Source: Prorocentrum cordatum (taxonomy: Eukaryota). From it: a stretch of DNA of 54,263 nucleotides. Positions 25,733 to 36,192 of this stretch are shown here, piece after piece. The DNA lies in contig CAUYUJ010000254.1 in assembly GCA_963575745.1 (NCBI GenBank), forward strand, positions 62,001-116,263, given 5' to 3'. The notes beneath the pieces are model-generated. The model saw nothing but the letters and a program-made list of their open reading frames with translations, did no database searches and was not told the DNA's origin. The position numbers and the translations under genes were made by a program. Positions within the stretch are counted from its first letter, which is position 1; each line of letters opens with the position of its first letter.

Positions 25733-27283
25733 TGGCCTCCGGCCAGTGCCGCCGATCCGGGTTGCTACCGATTCTGCTTGCAACGGATGGCCTTTTTATG
25801 TTTATACGTAGAGCACTCGCTCGAGACATCCTCATAAGATAAAGATGTTGAACTCGCTTGGGCAACCTTCGGATATTCGAAAGTGACGATATCGCGTGAA
25901 CAGCCAAACTCATGGGATGTCCCCTCCCACCGTCGGGCCTGCATGGCGTCAGCCATGGCGTCAGCCCCCCGCCCCCCCCCCGGGCGTGAATGGCGTCAGC
26001 CATGGCGTCGGCCCTCCCCCCCCCCCTCTCCTCTCCCGAGCCTGAATGACGTCAGCCATGGCGTCAGCCCCCCCCCTCGATAGAGTGAAGCTTGAGCGAG
26101 CTCCCCCGTCCCTCCCCCCTCCAGGGCCTGAATGGCGTCAGCCATGGCGTCAGCCCTCTCCCCTCTCTCCCCGACTCTTCCCTCGCGGGCCTGAATGGCG
26201 TCAGCCATGGCGTCACCCCCCCCTCCCCCCTCCCCCCTGCTGGGCCTGAATGGCGTCAGCTATGGCGGCAGCCGCCCCCCCCCCGACAGCGAAGCTTGAG
26301 CGAGCTCCCCCCCCTTCCCCCCCTCCCGGTTCTGAATGGCGTCAGCCATGGGCTTCAGCTCCCCCCCCCCCCTCCGACCCCTCTCCTCCGGGGCCCGAAT
26401 CTCCCCCCCCCCTCTCCCTCCCTTCCTGGGCCTCAATGGCGTCAGCTTGGCGGCAGCCCCTCCCCCCCCGAAGGAGCGAGTTGGAGAGAGCCCCCCCCCC
26501 CTCCCTGTCCCGACTTCCTCCTCGGGTCTGAATGGCGTCAGTCATGGCGTTCCCCCCCCCCCTCCTCTCTTCCCCATGGCGTTCCCCTCCCTCCTCCTCG
26601 CCCCCCTCCTCCCTCCCAGGCATGAATGGCGTCAGCCTCCTCCCCCCGACAGTGCGAAGCCCTCCCCCCCTCCTCCCTCCCGGGCATGAATAGCGTCAGC
26701 TCCCCCCCCCCGGGCCTGAATGGCGTCAGCCCTCCCCCCCCTCCCGACAGAGCGACCCCCCCCCCTCCTCCTTCCCGAGCCTGAATGGCGTCAGCCCCCT
26801 CCCCCCCTCCTCCCTCCCGGGCCTGAAGTGGCGTCAGCTCCCCCCCCCTTCGACAGAGCGAAGCTTGAGGCGAGCCTAAGCCCACCCCCCTCATCCCCAT
26901 TGCGTTCCCCTCCCCCCCGCCCCTCCTCCCTCCCGGATGGCGTCAGCCTCCCCCCCCCCGATAGAGCGGAAGCCCCCTACCCCTCCTCCTTCTGGGCCAG
27001 AATGGCGTCCGCTCCCCCCCCCCTCCTCCCTCCCCGGTGCCTGAATGGCGTCAGCCACCCCCTTCCCGACAGAGCGAAGCTCGCTCCCCCTCCTCCTCCC
27101 GGGCCTGAATGGCGTCTGCCCCCCCCCCCCCTCTTCCCTCAGGGCCGAATGGCGTCAGCCCCCCCCCCCCCCTCCTCCCTCCCGGGCCTGAACGGCGTCA
27201 GCTTCCCCCTCCCCCCCGACAGAGCGAAGCTCGAGCGAGCTCAAGCCAACTCTTTCAGAAACTCACACGCCGGATCGGCGGAT
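25733..27283 (-). mobile_element. Putative non-autonomous Helentron/DINE-like element D, carrying a GCCTGAATGGCGTCAGCC array
   Basis: Hairpin TGGCC-TCC-GGCCA at 25733-25745. CCGCCGATCCGG at 25749-25760 is a perfect 12-bp inverted repeat of CCGGATCGGCGG at 27270-27281, which is preceded by CACG and followed by ATTT. Confidence 0.72.
25935..27245. repeat. Irregular tandem array of GGGCCTGAATGGCGTCAGCC cores separated by C-rich linkers
   Basis: About 20 cores; periodic GACAGAGCGAAGCTTGAGCGAG sub-motif. Confidence 0.92.
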
Positions 27284-27545
27284 TTGCCAGAATCGGCGGG
27301 TGCGTGGAGGTTGTTTGATGTTTCCGATATGCGCGCACGTTCGACCCGCATGGTTTGACTTGGCAGCATTGCCAAACAGCATATTGTTTGGTGCATGTCA
27401 GCAGGTGCGCGCGCAGAGATCTGACAGCAAGGGGTTTGCAAAGCAAGGCTGCTGAAGGGCTGCAGGGAGCGGCCCCGACCTCCGCCCCAGTGGCCCCACT
27501 GGTGGGCGACCCCAGGGCGTTCCGTCGTGAGGGGGCGATGCATGG

Positions 27546-27582
<37 letters not shown>

Positions 27583-27780
27583 CCCCCCCCCGGCGCTCTC
27601 CCCGCCGCAGCTGGCAGCTCTGAGTGGCCGGGCTTCCTCTCTCCCCGTCGCGCCCGGGTTCATCCTCCTCCTCCTCCTCCTGTTCCCGTGCATTGCGGCC
27701 CGAATTTGCATACAGCGTGTCCCCTGTTGCCTATCCGCCAGATCAGTCAGCCTATGCCCAACCGCCGACGCAACAAATGT

Positions 27781-27811
<31 letters not shown>

Positions 27812-27885
27812 GAGCGAGGGCTGCAGCAAAGGGGGCCAGGAGGGCCCCCTCGGGCCTCGCCTTTCTCCACCCCGAATTTATTTAA

Positions 27886-29862
27886 TCGCTTCGCTCATTC
27901 CGCCGGCCCGTATTGGTGCACGGCTGTCGAGTGCCCGTGTGATCGTTGTCAACGGGGTGCTGCTGGGTAGTTTTTTTGTTTACGGATGGCTGGCTTTGGG
28001 TGATTTCGCAGGCGGGAACCATTCTTTGTCTCCATGTTGGGCCCCTCTTGGGCCCCTTTTGGGGTCCTCTTGGACCGTCTTGGGCGCCTCTTGGGCTGTC
28101 GTGGAGCCCTCTTCGGCGGTCGTGGGGCTCTCTTGGAGGCCTCTTGGACCGTCTTGGGGTGGTCTTGGGGGCTTCTTGGGCAGTCTTGGAGCGTCGGAGA
28201 GGCGAAAAGGCGAGGAGGCAAACAATCTCGCAAAATCTAAAGGACATCAATGGTTTTGGCGCTCTGAGGCTTCGTGGACGTTCATTGGGATCTCGTTGGA
28301 TGCCCTCGAGGGCTTCTTGGAGACTCTCGGGAGTCGATGTCGAGCCTCTTGGGGTCTCTTTCGGGCCCCTTGTCGCTTGTTGGGGCCTCTTAGGAGCCTC
28401 TTGGGGCGTCCAGGAGGCCTCTTGGAGCGGAAGGCTCGGATTCTCGGTTCGTGGTCTCCATCTTGGGTCTCTCTTGGGGCCCTCTTGGGGTCTTCTTGGA
28501 CCGTCTTGGGCGCCTCTTGGGCTGTCGTGGGGCTCTCTTGGCGGTCGTGGGCCTCTCTTGGAGGCCTCTTGGGCCGTCTTGGGGTGGTTTTGAAAGCTTC
28601 TTGGGCCGTCTTGGAGCGTCGGAAAGGCGAAAAGGCGAGGAAGCCAAAAACCTTGAAAAACCCAATGGAAATCGATGGTTTTGGCGCTCTGAGGCTTCGT
28701 GGACGTTCATTGGGATCTCGTTGGATGCCTCTGGCTTCTTGGAGACTCTCGGGAGTCGATGTCGAGCCTCTTGGGGTCTCTTTCGGGCCCCTTGTCGCCT
28801 TTTGGGGCCTCTTAGGAGCCTCTTGGGGCGTCCAGGAGGCCTCTTGGAGCGGAAGGCTCGGATTCTCGGTTCGTGGTCTCCATCTTGGGTCTCTCTTGGG
28901 GCCCTCTTGGGGTCCTCTTTTACCGTCTTGGGCGCCTCTTGGGCTGCCGTGGGGCCCTCTCTTGGGCTCTCTTGGAGGCCTCTTGGGCCGTCTTGGGGTG
29001 GTCTTGGAGGCTTTTTGGGCAGTCTTGGAGCCGAGGAGGCAAACAACCTCGCAAAACCTAAAGGACATCAATGGTTTTGGCGCTCTGAGGCTTCGTGGAC
29101 GTTCATTGGGATCTCGTTGGATGCCTCTCGAGGGCTTCTTGGAGACTCTCGGGAGTCGATGTCGAGCCTCTTGGGGTCTCTTTCGGGCCCCTTGTCGCCT
29201 TTTGGGGCCTCTTGGGGGCCTCTTGGAGCCTCCAGGAGGCCTCTTGGAGCGGAAGGCTCGGATTCTCGGTTCGTGGTCTCCATTTTGGGCCCCTCTTGGG
29301 GTCCTCTCGGGGTCCTCTTCGACCGTCTTGGGCGCCTCTTGGGCTGTCGTGGGGCCCTCTTGGGCGGTCTTGGGGCTCTCTTGGAGGCCTCTAGGGCCGT
29401 CTTGGGGTGGTCTTGGAGGCTTCTTGGGCCGTCTTGGAGCGTCGGAAAGGCGAAAAGGCGAGGAAGCCAAAAACCTTGAAAAACCCAATGGAAATCACTG
29501 ATTCTGGCCTCTTGGGGCTCTCTTGGAAAGGGTCGGGGCTCTCTTGGGACGTCTTGGAAGCTTCTTGGGCCGTCTTGAGGCCGTGTTGGGCGTCTTGGGC
29601 CGATCGTTCGGTGATTCGGAACCCCCTTGGACCGTCTTGGATTCTTGTTGGGGCCCTCTTGGAGCGCTCCGGGGAGCGTGGAAGGCCGCACCCAGGAGGA
29701 AAACCAGCTCTGACCTGAGTTTGCCGGGAGTGTCCCGGGACCTTGCCGGGGTACTTTTCGCCCGGGCCCCCCCGGGGGCCGCCCCGCGCGCGCGAACTAG
29801 AAATATTGTTAAGTAGTTACCGGAGATCTTAGCACGCCTCTGGCCCGTTGGGCTGGCGAATT
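27886..29862 (-). mobile_element. Putative element C enclosing CTCTTGG-family higher-order repeats (~410-420-bp period)
   Basis: GC-TTC-GC mini-hairpin at 27888-27894 + CCGCCGGCCC at 27900-27909. Right end GCACGCC..GCCC-GTT-GGGCTGGCGAATT at 29832-29862 (8/10 inverted match). Internal GGTTTTGGCGCTCTGAGGCTTCGTGGACG occurs at ~28252, ~28677 and ~29073. Confidence 0.5.
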
Positions 29863-30648
29863 CGAAGCTACACAAGGGCATCAACATATGTTCTGGGAGC
29901 GTGGGTTTCCCGAAAACAATATGTTTATGCTTTGCTTGGTTCCCCTTTTGCGAGGGCCTTGGGACGGTGCCGCCGACCCTGAAGGGGATGATGACGACGA
30001 CGACGACGGCGATGACGACAACGACAACGACGCTGACGCTCTGGAGCCGAAGCTTCTCCCAGGGAAGGGTCACATTCCTCAGGACACCCCCCCTCCACCT
30101 CCCTCAGCCCCCCGGCGGGGGGCAGGATCAAAGGGAAGGGGTTCCCCTTCCACTCAATGACGACGTTGCTGGGTTTCCCTCTGGCTGGAACGCTGAGGGA
30201 AAGCGACGACGACGACGACTCAAACGGAAAAGCCTCTCACGCACGCCGGGTCTGCGGATGCATGACCCCCCAGTGGGCAACGCCCGAGGTCCCCCCGCCG
30301 GCGGGGGCTCCCTCTTCGCGCGGGGCTTCTGGCCGCGCGCCGCCGCGCGGCGGTGCGGGGCCAGGTACGGGAGCCTGGACGGCGCCTTCGAGGCGGGGGC
30401 GCTCGCGCGCGCGCGTGCGGCCCGCCCTGTGAGGTTCCTCGGGGGAGCACGGGGGGAGGAAGGCACGGGGCGCCGTGCACGCAGCGAAGCTGCTCGTGGA
30501 GGGCGTGGAGGTGCCCGTAGCACCTGTCGATGGTCCACACGCCGCCTGCTCGGGGCGCACTCCCGCTCTCGCGGGACGGGGGCTTCTCCTTTGTAGCCAC
30601 CCACCGGGCGATCGGGGACCTCGGCATGTTGGCCTTCGGGGGAGGACG

Positions 30649-30870
30649 GAGGCCTCCTGGATGGGGTCGGAGTAGGTGGGGTCGGAGGATCGCGCCGCAT
30701 CGCCGATGCATCGGCGATGCGGCTCGATGTGGATCCGACTTTCTCCACGCTGGCGTCGCCGATGCAGCGCCGCCATCGCCGATTCATCGTCGATGCATCG
30801 TCGATGCATGGGCGATGCATCGACGATGTATTGATGACCCCATCTACTCCGACCCCATCTGGGAGGCCTC
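30649..30870. mobile_element. 222-bp fold-back/MITE-like element
   Basis: 35-bp inverted repeats at 30649-30683 / 30836-30870 (32/35). The interior consists of 11-bp CATCG.CGATG palindromic units. Confidence 0.6.
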
Positions 30871-31035
30871 TAGATGAGGGCAGGATCCAGGGAGAGGGGG
30901 TCGGGGGAGAAGTAAACCTCTCACCGAAGGGACAGAGGAGTCTGAAAGAGCTAGCTCCTCAAACCACTTACGCCCGAAGGGCTGGTGGATTTTCTGGGCG
31001 AGTTGCCTTGATCAAGTAAGTGCAGGAATTTACGG

Positions 31036-31057
31036 TCCCTAGCCATTTTGGCTCAAG
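31036..31057 (+). other. Relict dinoflagellate spliced leader (DinoSL), copy 1
   Basis: TCCCTAGCCATTTTGGCTCAAG; 21/22 match to DCCGTAGCCATTTTGGCTCAAG, ending 56 nt before the ATG. Confidence 0.95.
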
Positions 31058-31113
31058 GGCTTCCCTCCAGGGCTCCTTGCACCGGCCAGCAGCTCCCCAG
31101 CGCCCGCGGCGCC

Positions 31114-32223
31114 ATGTCGCTCCGCTATGGGAGCTACGGCGGAGGCCTCAGCGGAGGCGCGGGCGGCCTCGGCGGCGCGTACGGTGCGGGCCGCGGGTAT
31201 GGCGCCAGCGGCCTGTACGGCGCGGGCGGCGCGTACGGCGCGGGCGGCGCGCGCGGCGCGGGGGGCGCGGACTGCGGCACGGCGTGCTGCGCAAGCACCA
31301 CCGCCTGCATGGGCTGCGGCCCCGGCTGCGGCGTGGGCTGTGCCGAGGGCTCGGGCTGCGGCGGCGGCGGCGGCACGATCCTGAGCTACGTGGGCCCAGG
31401 GGGCGACTACGTCCAGGAGACCACGTACAAGTACGTGGGCATGGGCGCGGGCGAGTTCGGGGCGGTCCGCATCCCTGGGCGCGGCCCGAACTTCTGCCTG
31501 ATCTGCCTCGTGCCCCTGGGACTGTCGCTCCTCCTGCTGCCCCTCCTGCTCTTCGCGATGTCGCCTGGCTCGACGACGACCACGACTACTACCACACCCG
31601 TGATCATCACGACCACTCCGCCGCCCGACACCACGACCACGAAGATGACCACCACCACCAAGAAGACCACGACGGCCCCGCCTCCGCCCCCGCCGCCCCC
31701 GCCGCCGCCGCCCCCGCCCCCGCCGCCGCCCCCTCCCCCGCCGCCCACGACTACGGAGAAAAAAATCAATTGCGGCGAGGGCGATGTCGTGTCCTGGGAC
31801 GTGCCCAAGAAGGTATATTGCTGCCTGCACGAGGGCAAGGGCTGCCCGACGACCCCGGCCGCTCCCAGCACCATGCCGGCACCGGTCGTGCCGGTAGTGC
31901 CAGTGGTAACCACGTCCCCATGCCCGATTGATTGCAACGCTGGTTACAACGACCTCGACCCGCTGCAGTGGGTCCGCGGCTGGTCCGGCGAGAAGAAGTT
32001 GTTCTGCTGCAAGACCGCGAACAAGGGCTGCCCGTCGGAGCTGCCCCCACCCTCTGGGGCGCCGCCTTCCAACGCACCCCCGGAGCCGGACAACAGCGTG
32101 TACGACTGCGACGCGGGCTACCACCACTGCATGCATTGTCTCGAGCTGTCGTGGTCTCCCAGGAAGATCGGCTACTGCTGCGAGAACTTCCACAAGGGCT
32201 GCAAGGGCGAGGAGCCGGAGTGA
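31114..32223 (+). CDS. Intronless 369-aa Gly/Thr/Pro/Cys-rich single-pass membrane protein, copy 1
   Basis: GCC-ATG context, strong GC3 bias and an upstream DinoSL. Hydrophobic segment FCLICLVPLGLSLLLLPLLLFAM, Thr stalk, polyPro, three C..W...K...CC.....GC modules. Conserved across copies with largely synonymous changes. Confidence 0.9.
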   Translation: MSLRYGSYGGGLSGGAGGLGGAYGAGRGYGASGLYGAGGAYGAGGARGAGGADCGTACCASTTACMGCGPGCGVGCAEGSGCGGGGGTILSYVGPGGDYVQETTYKYVGMGAGEFGAVRIPGRGPNFCLICLVPLGLSLLLLPLLLFAMSPGSTTTTTTTTPVIITTTPPPDTTTTKMTTTTKKTTTAPPPPPPPPPPPPPPPPPPPPPPPTTTEKKINCGEGDVVSWDVPKKVYCCLHEGKGCPTTPAAPSTMPAPVVPVVPVVTTSPCPIDCNAGYNDLDPLQWVRGWSGEKKLFCCKTANKGCPSELPPPSGAPPSNAPPEPDNSVYDCDAGYHHCMHCLELSWSPRKIGYCCENFHKGCKGEEPE

Positions 32224-34566
32224 GAAGCCCCTCCAGCGCGCCTCCGCCGATCGGGGCCCGGGTGCAGGTGTCACCTTTTTTTGGTTTGGAGCCCGCCAGG
32301 CGGGTTGGCAAAGCTACACCCGCCCGCGGGCGGCTTCCGCGCCTCTCCTCGCTCCCTCCTGCCTCCCTCCCTCCTCACATCACTCGTGGGCAGAAAACAG
32401 AACATCCGTATCCACGGCCTCGCGGGCCGGGCCCACGGGCCGTGACCCCTATGGAAACCGGATGTTTTTTCATGGCTCTATACCGTCTCCCTCCAGCAGA
32501 AGGTGCGTCCCACGCCGGGCGGGTTGGCAAAGCTACACTCGCCGCGGCCCTGCATGCCATGGGGCTCCCTCGCACGTGCACCGGAGCGGGCATGCTTCCT
32601 CTGGCGGCCGCACGGCCAGCGAGCTGTTCCAACAGAAACGAAGACAAGTCACAAAGAGTGAATTATTGCATTGCGGAGGTGAATCATATGCTGTGTAATG
32701 TGTGTGTGTGGTGTCAGCTATGTGGTGGAGGCTACGCATTGTACGCTGTGTGGTGTAATCAGCACAGCTAAGTTGTGAAAGCTATGTGCTGTTAGCAACC
32801 TGGTGTGAGCTATGCTGTGCAAGCTTCGTGGTGTTCAGCGCACGGGGCGCCCACGGAGCGCCCACGAGCGGGCACGGGCGCGAAACCTCGGGAAACCCAC
32901 CCAGCGTCCTGGAGGCCTTCGGGGCCTTTGTGGGCCGATCCGTCTTTGGGCGCCGTTGGTGGCTTTCGGGGCCGTCTTGGAGCCCTTCTGGGCGCGTCAT
33001 GGGGCACCCTTCGGTCTTTTTGGGGCTGTGTTGACGCTTCAGGAGCCCAGTAGTAGCGAAAGCAAGCGAGAAGTCAAATGATCTCAGCCTCCCAAGGGTA
33101 TCCTGGGGAGGCTTCGCAGCCCCTTCGAGGCTCCTTCGCCATGTTGACCCATCTTGTGGGCCATCTTGGGCTGTCTGGGGACCCTGGAGGTATCTTGGGC
33201 TCAGGCGGACCTCCTGACACATCAGACCCCCGTTCCAGACCCAGGCAAGAATGCAACCGCAGGCGAACCCCTCCAGTCATCGCCTGGCGAGGGTACCAGC
33301 GTGCCCGTCTGTCCGAGTCGGCCCAAGACGCTCCCAAGACGGCCGAGGACGACGAGACAAGACGCGACGAGACAAGTCGAGACGAGACGATACCAGGCAA
33401 GACCAGACCAGACGAGATGAGTACCAAGGATCGTCGCGCAGGTATTCTTGAGACGTCAGCCAGCTCATGGACAGCTCTTGACGCTTCGCGTGACCCCAAC
33501 AGCCTGTTGAGCACATATCGAAGACGCCCATGACGAATCACCGCCGCCCCCTGCTTTTTGGAAGCGCCTGTGTGACCGAACGTTGTGACCAGAGCTCGGC
33601 CACGCTACCGGACTTTGTCCCCCCCCCAGCCGTTGTGGGAACCCTTCGGGGAACACTGGGGGTAGGAAGAAGACGAGGACCAAAGGGAGGAAAAAGGAGA
33701 AGGAGGAGGACAACTGTAAACCAGAGTCCTCGACCGTGCAAAAAACAAAACCATGTCGGAACACCATTATGCGGGACGTCAACCATGATAATCCGTTACG
33801 TGGTTGTGAACATTTGAGACGAATGTGCGCGGCGCGAAGGCGAGAGCCATATTTTGAACACGAGCCGCCCTCAGTCCGATAAGCTCTTGCACACCTTTGA
33901 GAATAATATGCGCGGCGCTACGGCGAGAGCCACATTTTGGAAACCATCCGCCTTCCACCCGTGAAACGCTTGTGACTTTTCAAAACGACTGTGCGCGGCG
34001 TTACGGCGAGATCCATTGTGAAAAGACGGCCCAGCGTCCATCTGTTAGAATCTCGCAAACTTTTGAGACGAATGTGCGCGGTGCTAGGGCGAGAGTTTCA
34101 GGTTGAAAACCACCCGAGAACCGTATGTTGAAAACCACCCGCCCTCCATGCGTGAAACGCATGCACACTTTGAAGACGAATGTGCGCGGTGGTAAGGCGA
34201 GGACAACATTTTGAAAAGGAGCCGCCCTCCATCCGTGAAGCTCTTGCATTTGTTATGACACATGTGCGCGGCGCTAAGGCGAGAGCCACATTTTGGAAGC
34301 GACCCACCCTCCATCTGTGAAGCCCTTGCCAGTTCGTAAGCTTCAGGATCGAAGAGTGGCAAGGAGGTCTTCGGCGAAACGCCAGGGCCGACTGGCCTCG
34401 GGGTGCGACAGGGAGGCGTTATGTATAAGAACAACGAATGGAGGAGGAGTATGGAGAATGGGAGGGGGAGGAGGGCGGAGGATGGAGGAGGAATAGGCGG
34501 TTGAGGGGGTTGGGGAGCATGAGGAGGAGGAAAATGAGGAGGAGGAAGAGGAGGAGGAGGAGGAGG
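32224..34566 (+). repeat. 3' UTR and intergenic spacer of array unit 1, with ~70-bp sub-repeats at 33820-34330
   Basis: Near-identical to 46515-49050 and 51199-54263. Sub-repeat ATGTGCGCGGCGCTAAGGCGAGAGCCACATTTTG. Confidence 0.93.
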
Positions 34567-34666
34567 NNNNNNNNNNNNNNNNNNNNNNNNNNNNNNNNNN
34601 NNNNNNNNNNNNNNNNNNNNNNNNNNNNNNNNNNNNNNNNNNNNNNNNNNNNNNNNNNNNNNNNNN
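34567..34666. other. Assembly gap (100 N)
   Basis: Run of N within a (GGA)n tract of the spacer. Confidence 1.
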
Positions 34667-34699
34667 CGATCGATTCGGCTCCGTCGCCTTTGCCAGGTG

Positions 34700-35513
34700 G
34701 GGCGCTGCCTTCTGAGGGCCTGGGGGGGCGTTCGTGGCCCCTGCCTTGCCCTCGCCACTCCCCCCGCTTCCCTCCTCCGGAGGTGGGGTGGGGCGGTTGC
34801 CGACGCCCCCTCTCCCCTCGACGCCCGCCGCTTCGGGAGAAACCGCGGGGCAGCTTCGGGGGGCCTGCGGGCTCGAGCTTGAGTCCTGCAAGGAAGATTC
34901 CCTGCGTGAGTGGCGCCAGACGCTGCGGGCGTGGGGGCCCGAAGCAGCCCGGGTGGCTGCGAGGGCGACGCGGGCCCTTCAGGCGCCGCTCTCTTTCGGC
35001 GCCCGCGACGCGCGGGCCGACTGGGGGGCGCGGTGGTGCCCGGCGCCTGGCAGCGACGGTCGCCCGGGCCGTCCTTCCCGCGGAGAGGCTTGGGAGGAGC
35101 TGGCCGCAGAGGCTGGCCTGGCCCGCCGCCCCCTGTAGCCTTGGGCGCCTCCTTCCATGAATGTGTTTTTGAATGCCTGCTCCGAGGCGCATGGGGCTCG
35201 CGGCCTGGGCGGGCGGGCGGCGACGGAGCTGAAGGGCATGGCCGAGCGCGCGCCCTGGCTTCTGAGCGACCTCCTTGGGGTCCTCGTCGCGGCCCATGAG
35301 GGGCCGCCCATCTCGTCGGATGATTCTGATTGGGCCTTCCGGCCCTTCTTCGGGCCCGTCTGGCGCTTTCCGGGGCCGACTTTAGCTTTCCGTGTTGCGG
35401 CGCTTCCCGAGAGAGGGGCCAGGGCCCCCGGCCGATCTGCGCGGCGAACGTGCTCTCGCGAGCCCGGCGCGGTGCCTTGACCGCCGCTCTCCCCGCCCCT
35501 CCCCCGCAGCAGT

Positions 35514-35589
<76 letters not shown>

Positions 35590-36190
35590 GGGTCGGGGTG
35601 GCCCCTTCCGCTGCCCAGTGGGCTGCCCCCGCGCCCCCCGCGGGGGCCTCGGCCGGGGGCGAGTGCGACCTCGCTGAAGCTTTCGACGCGATCCGACATG
35701 ACGTGGCTGAGGGGTGTCTTGAGTTCCACGGCGCCCCGGCCCCTGTCATCTCCTCGTTGCGTGGGGGCTGGGGCGCGCCTCGTTTTTGCGCGGTTGGCGG
35801 GGGGGTGGCCCCTGCCATCTGGCCCTCCGTGGGAGTGCCTCCTGGTGACCCCCCCCCGTGTCTCGAGTCTCGTGCTTCTCCCCTGGCGCCCCCTTGTTGA
35901 GAGAGCCGCCGACGGCGCGACCCGATTGCGATCGTCGGCTTACGTTGATGACCGCTCCTTGCGGGCGGACGGGTCCTCGGTCGATACTGCCGCCGCTGCG
36001 GTCGAGGCTGCTTTGGCTACCGTCCAGCGTTTTGACGGCGCCCTGGGGCTTTCCGAAAACAGGGGGAGGCGCCAGCGATGGCAGGGTGGGGGGGTGCGTG
36101 AGCACCTTGGCATCGTGGCCGCTCCGGCGTCGCCTGGCCCTGAGCTGCCTATTCCGAGGGGCGGGTGGGGCAACGCCTTGTTTTCTGCCG
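34700..36190 (+). pseudogene. Degenerate non-LTR (LINE-like) retrotransposon reverse transcriptase
   Basis: RT motifs in the correct order across shifting frames: GARGLGG (~35190), RPICAANVLSR (35429), DLAEAFD (35667-35687), GVPPGDP (35832), AYVDD (YVDD 35941-35952), GLSEN (~36045), EHLGI (36100). Disabled by frameshifts, a stop at 35136-35138 and a (GT)n insertion at 35515-35586. Confidence 0.85.
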
Positions 36191-36192
36191 GG

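Noticed and set aside
27624..29691. 625-aa and other long ORFs rich in LGASW/GPLG
   Set aside because: Translations of the CTCTTGG repeat family, open in several frames on both strands, with frame changes between repeat copies.
31020..32311. Overlapping alternative-frame and antisense ORFs over the gene copies
   Set aside because: Shadow ORFs caused by very high GC3. The ATG at 31114 after the SL defines the real frame, and the track's upstream TTG/GTG starts lie in or before the SL.
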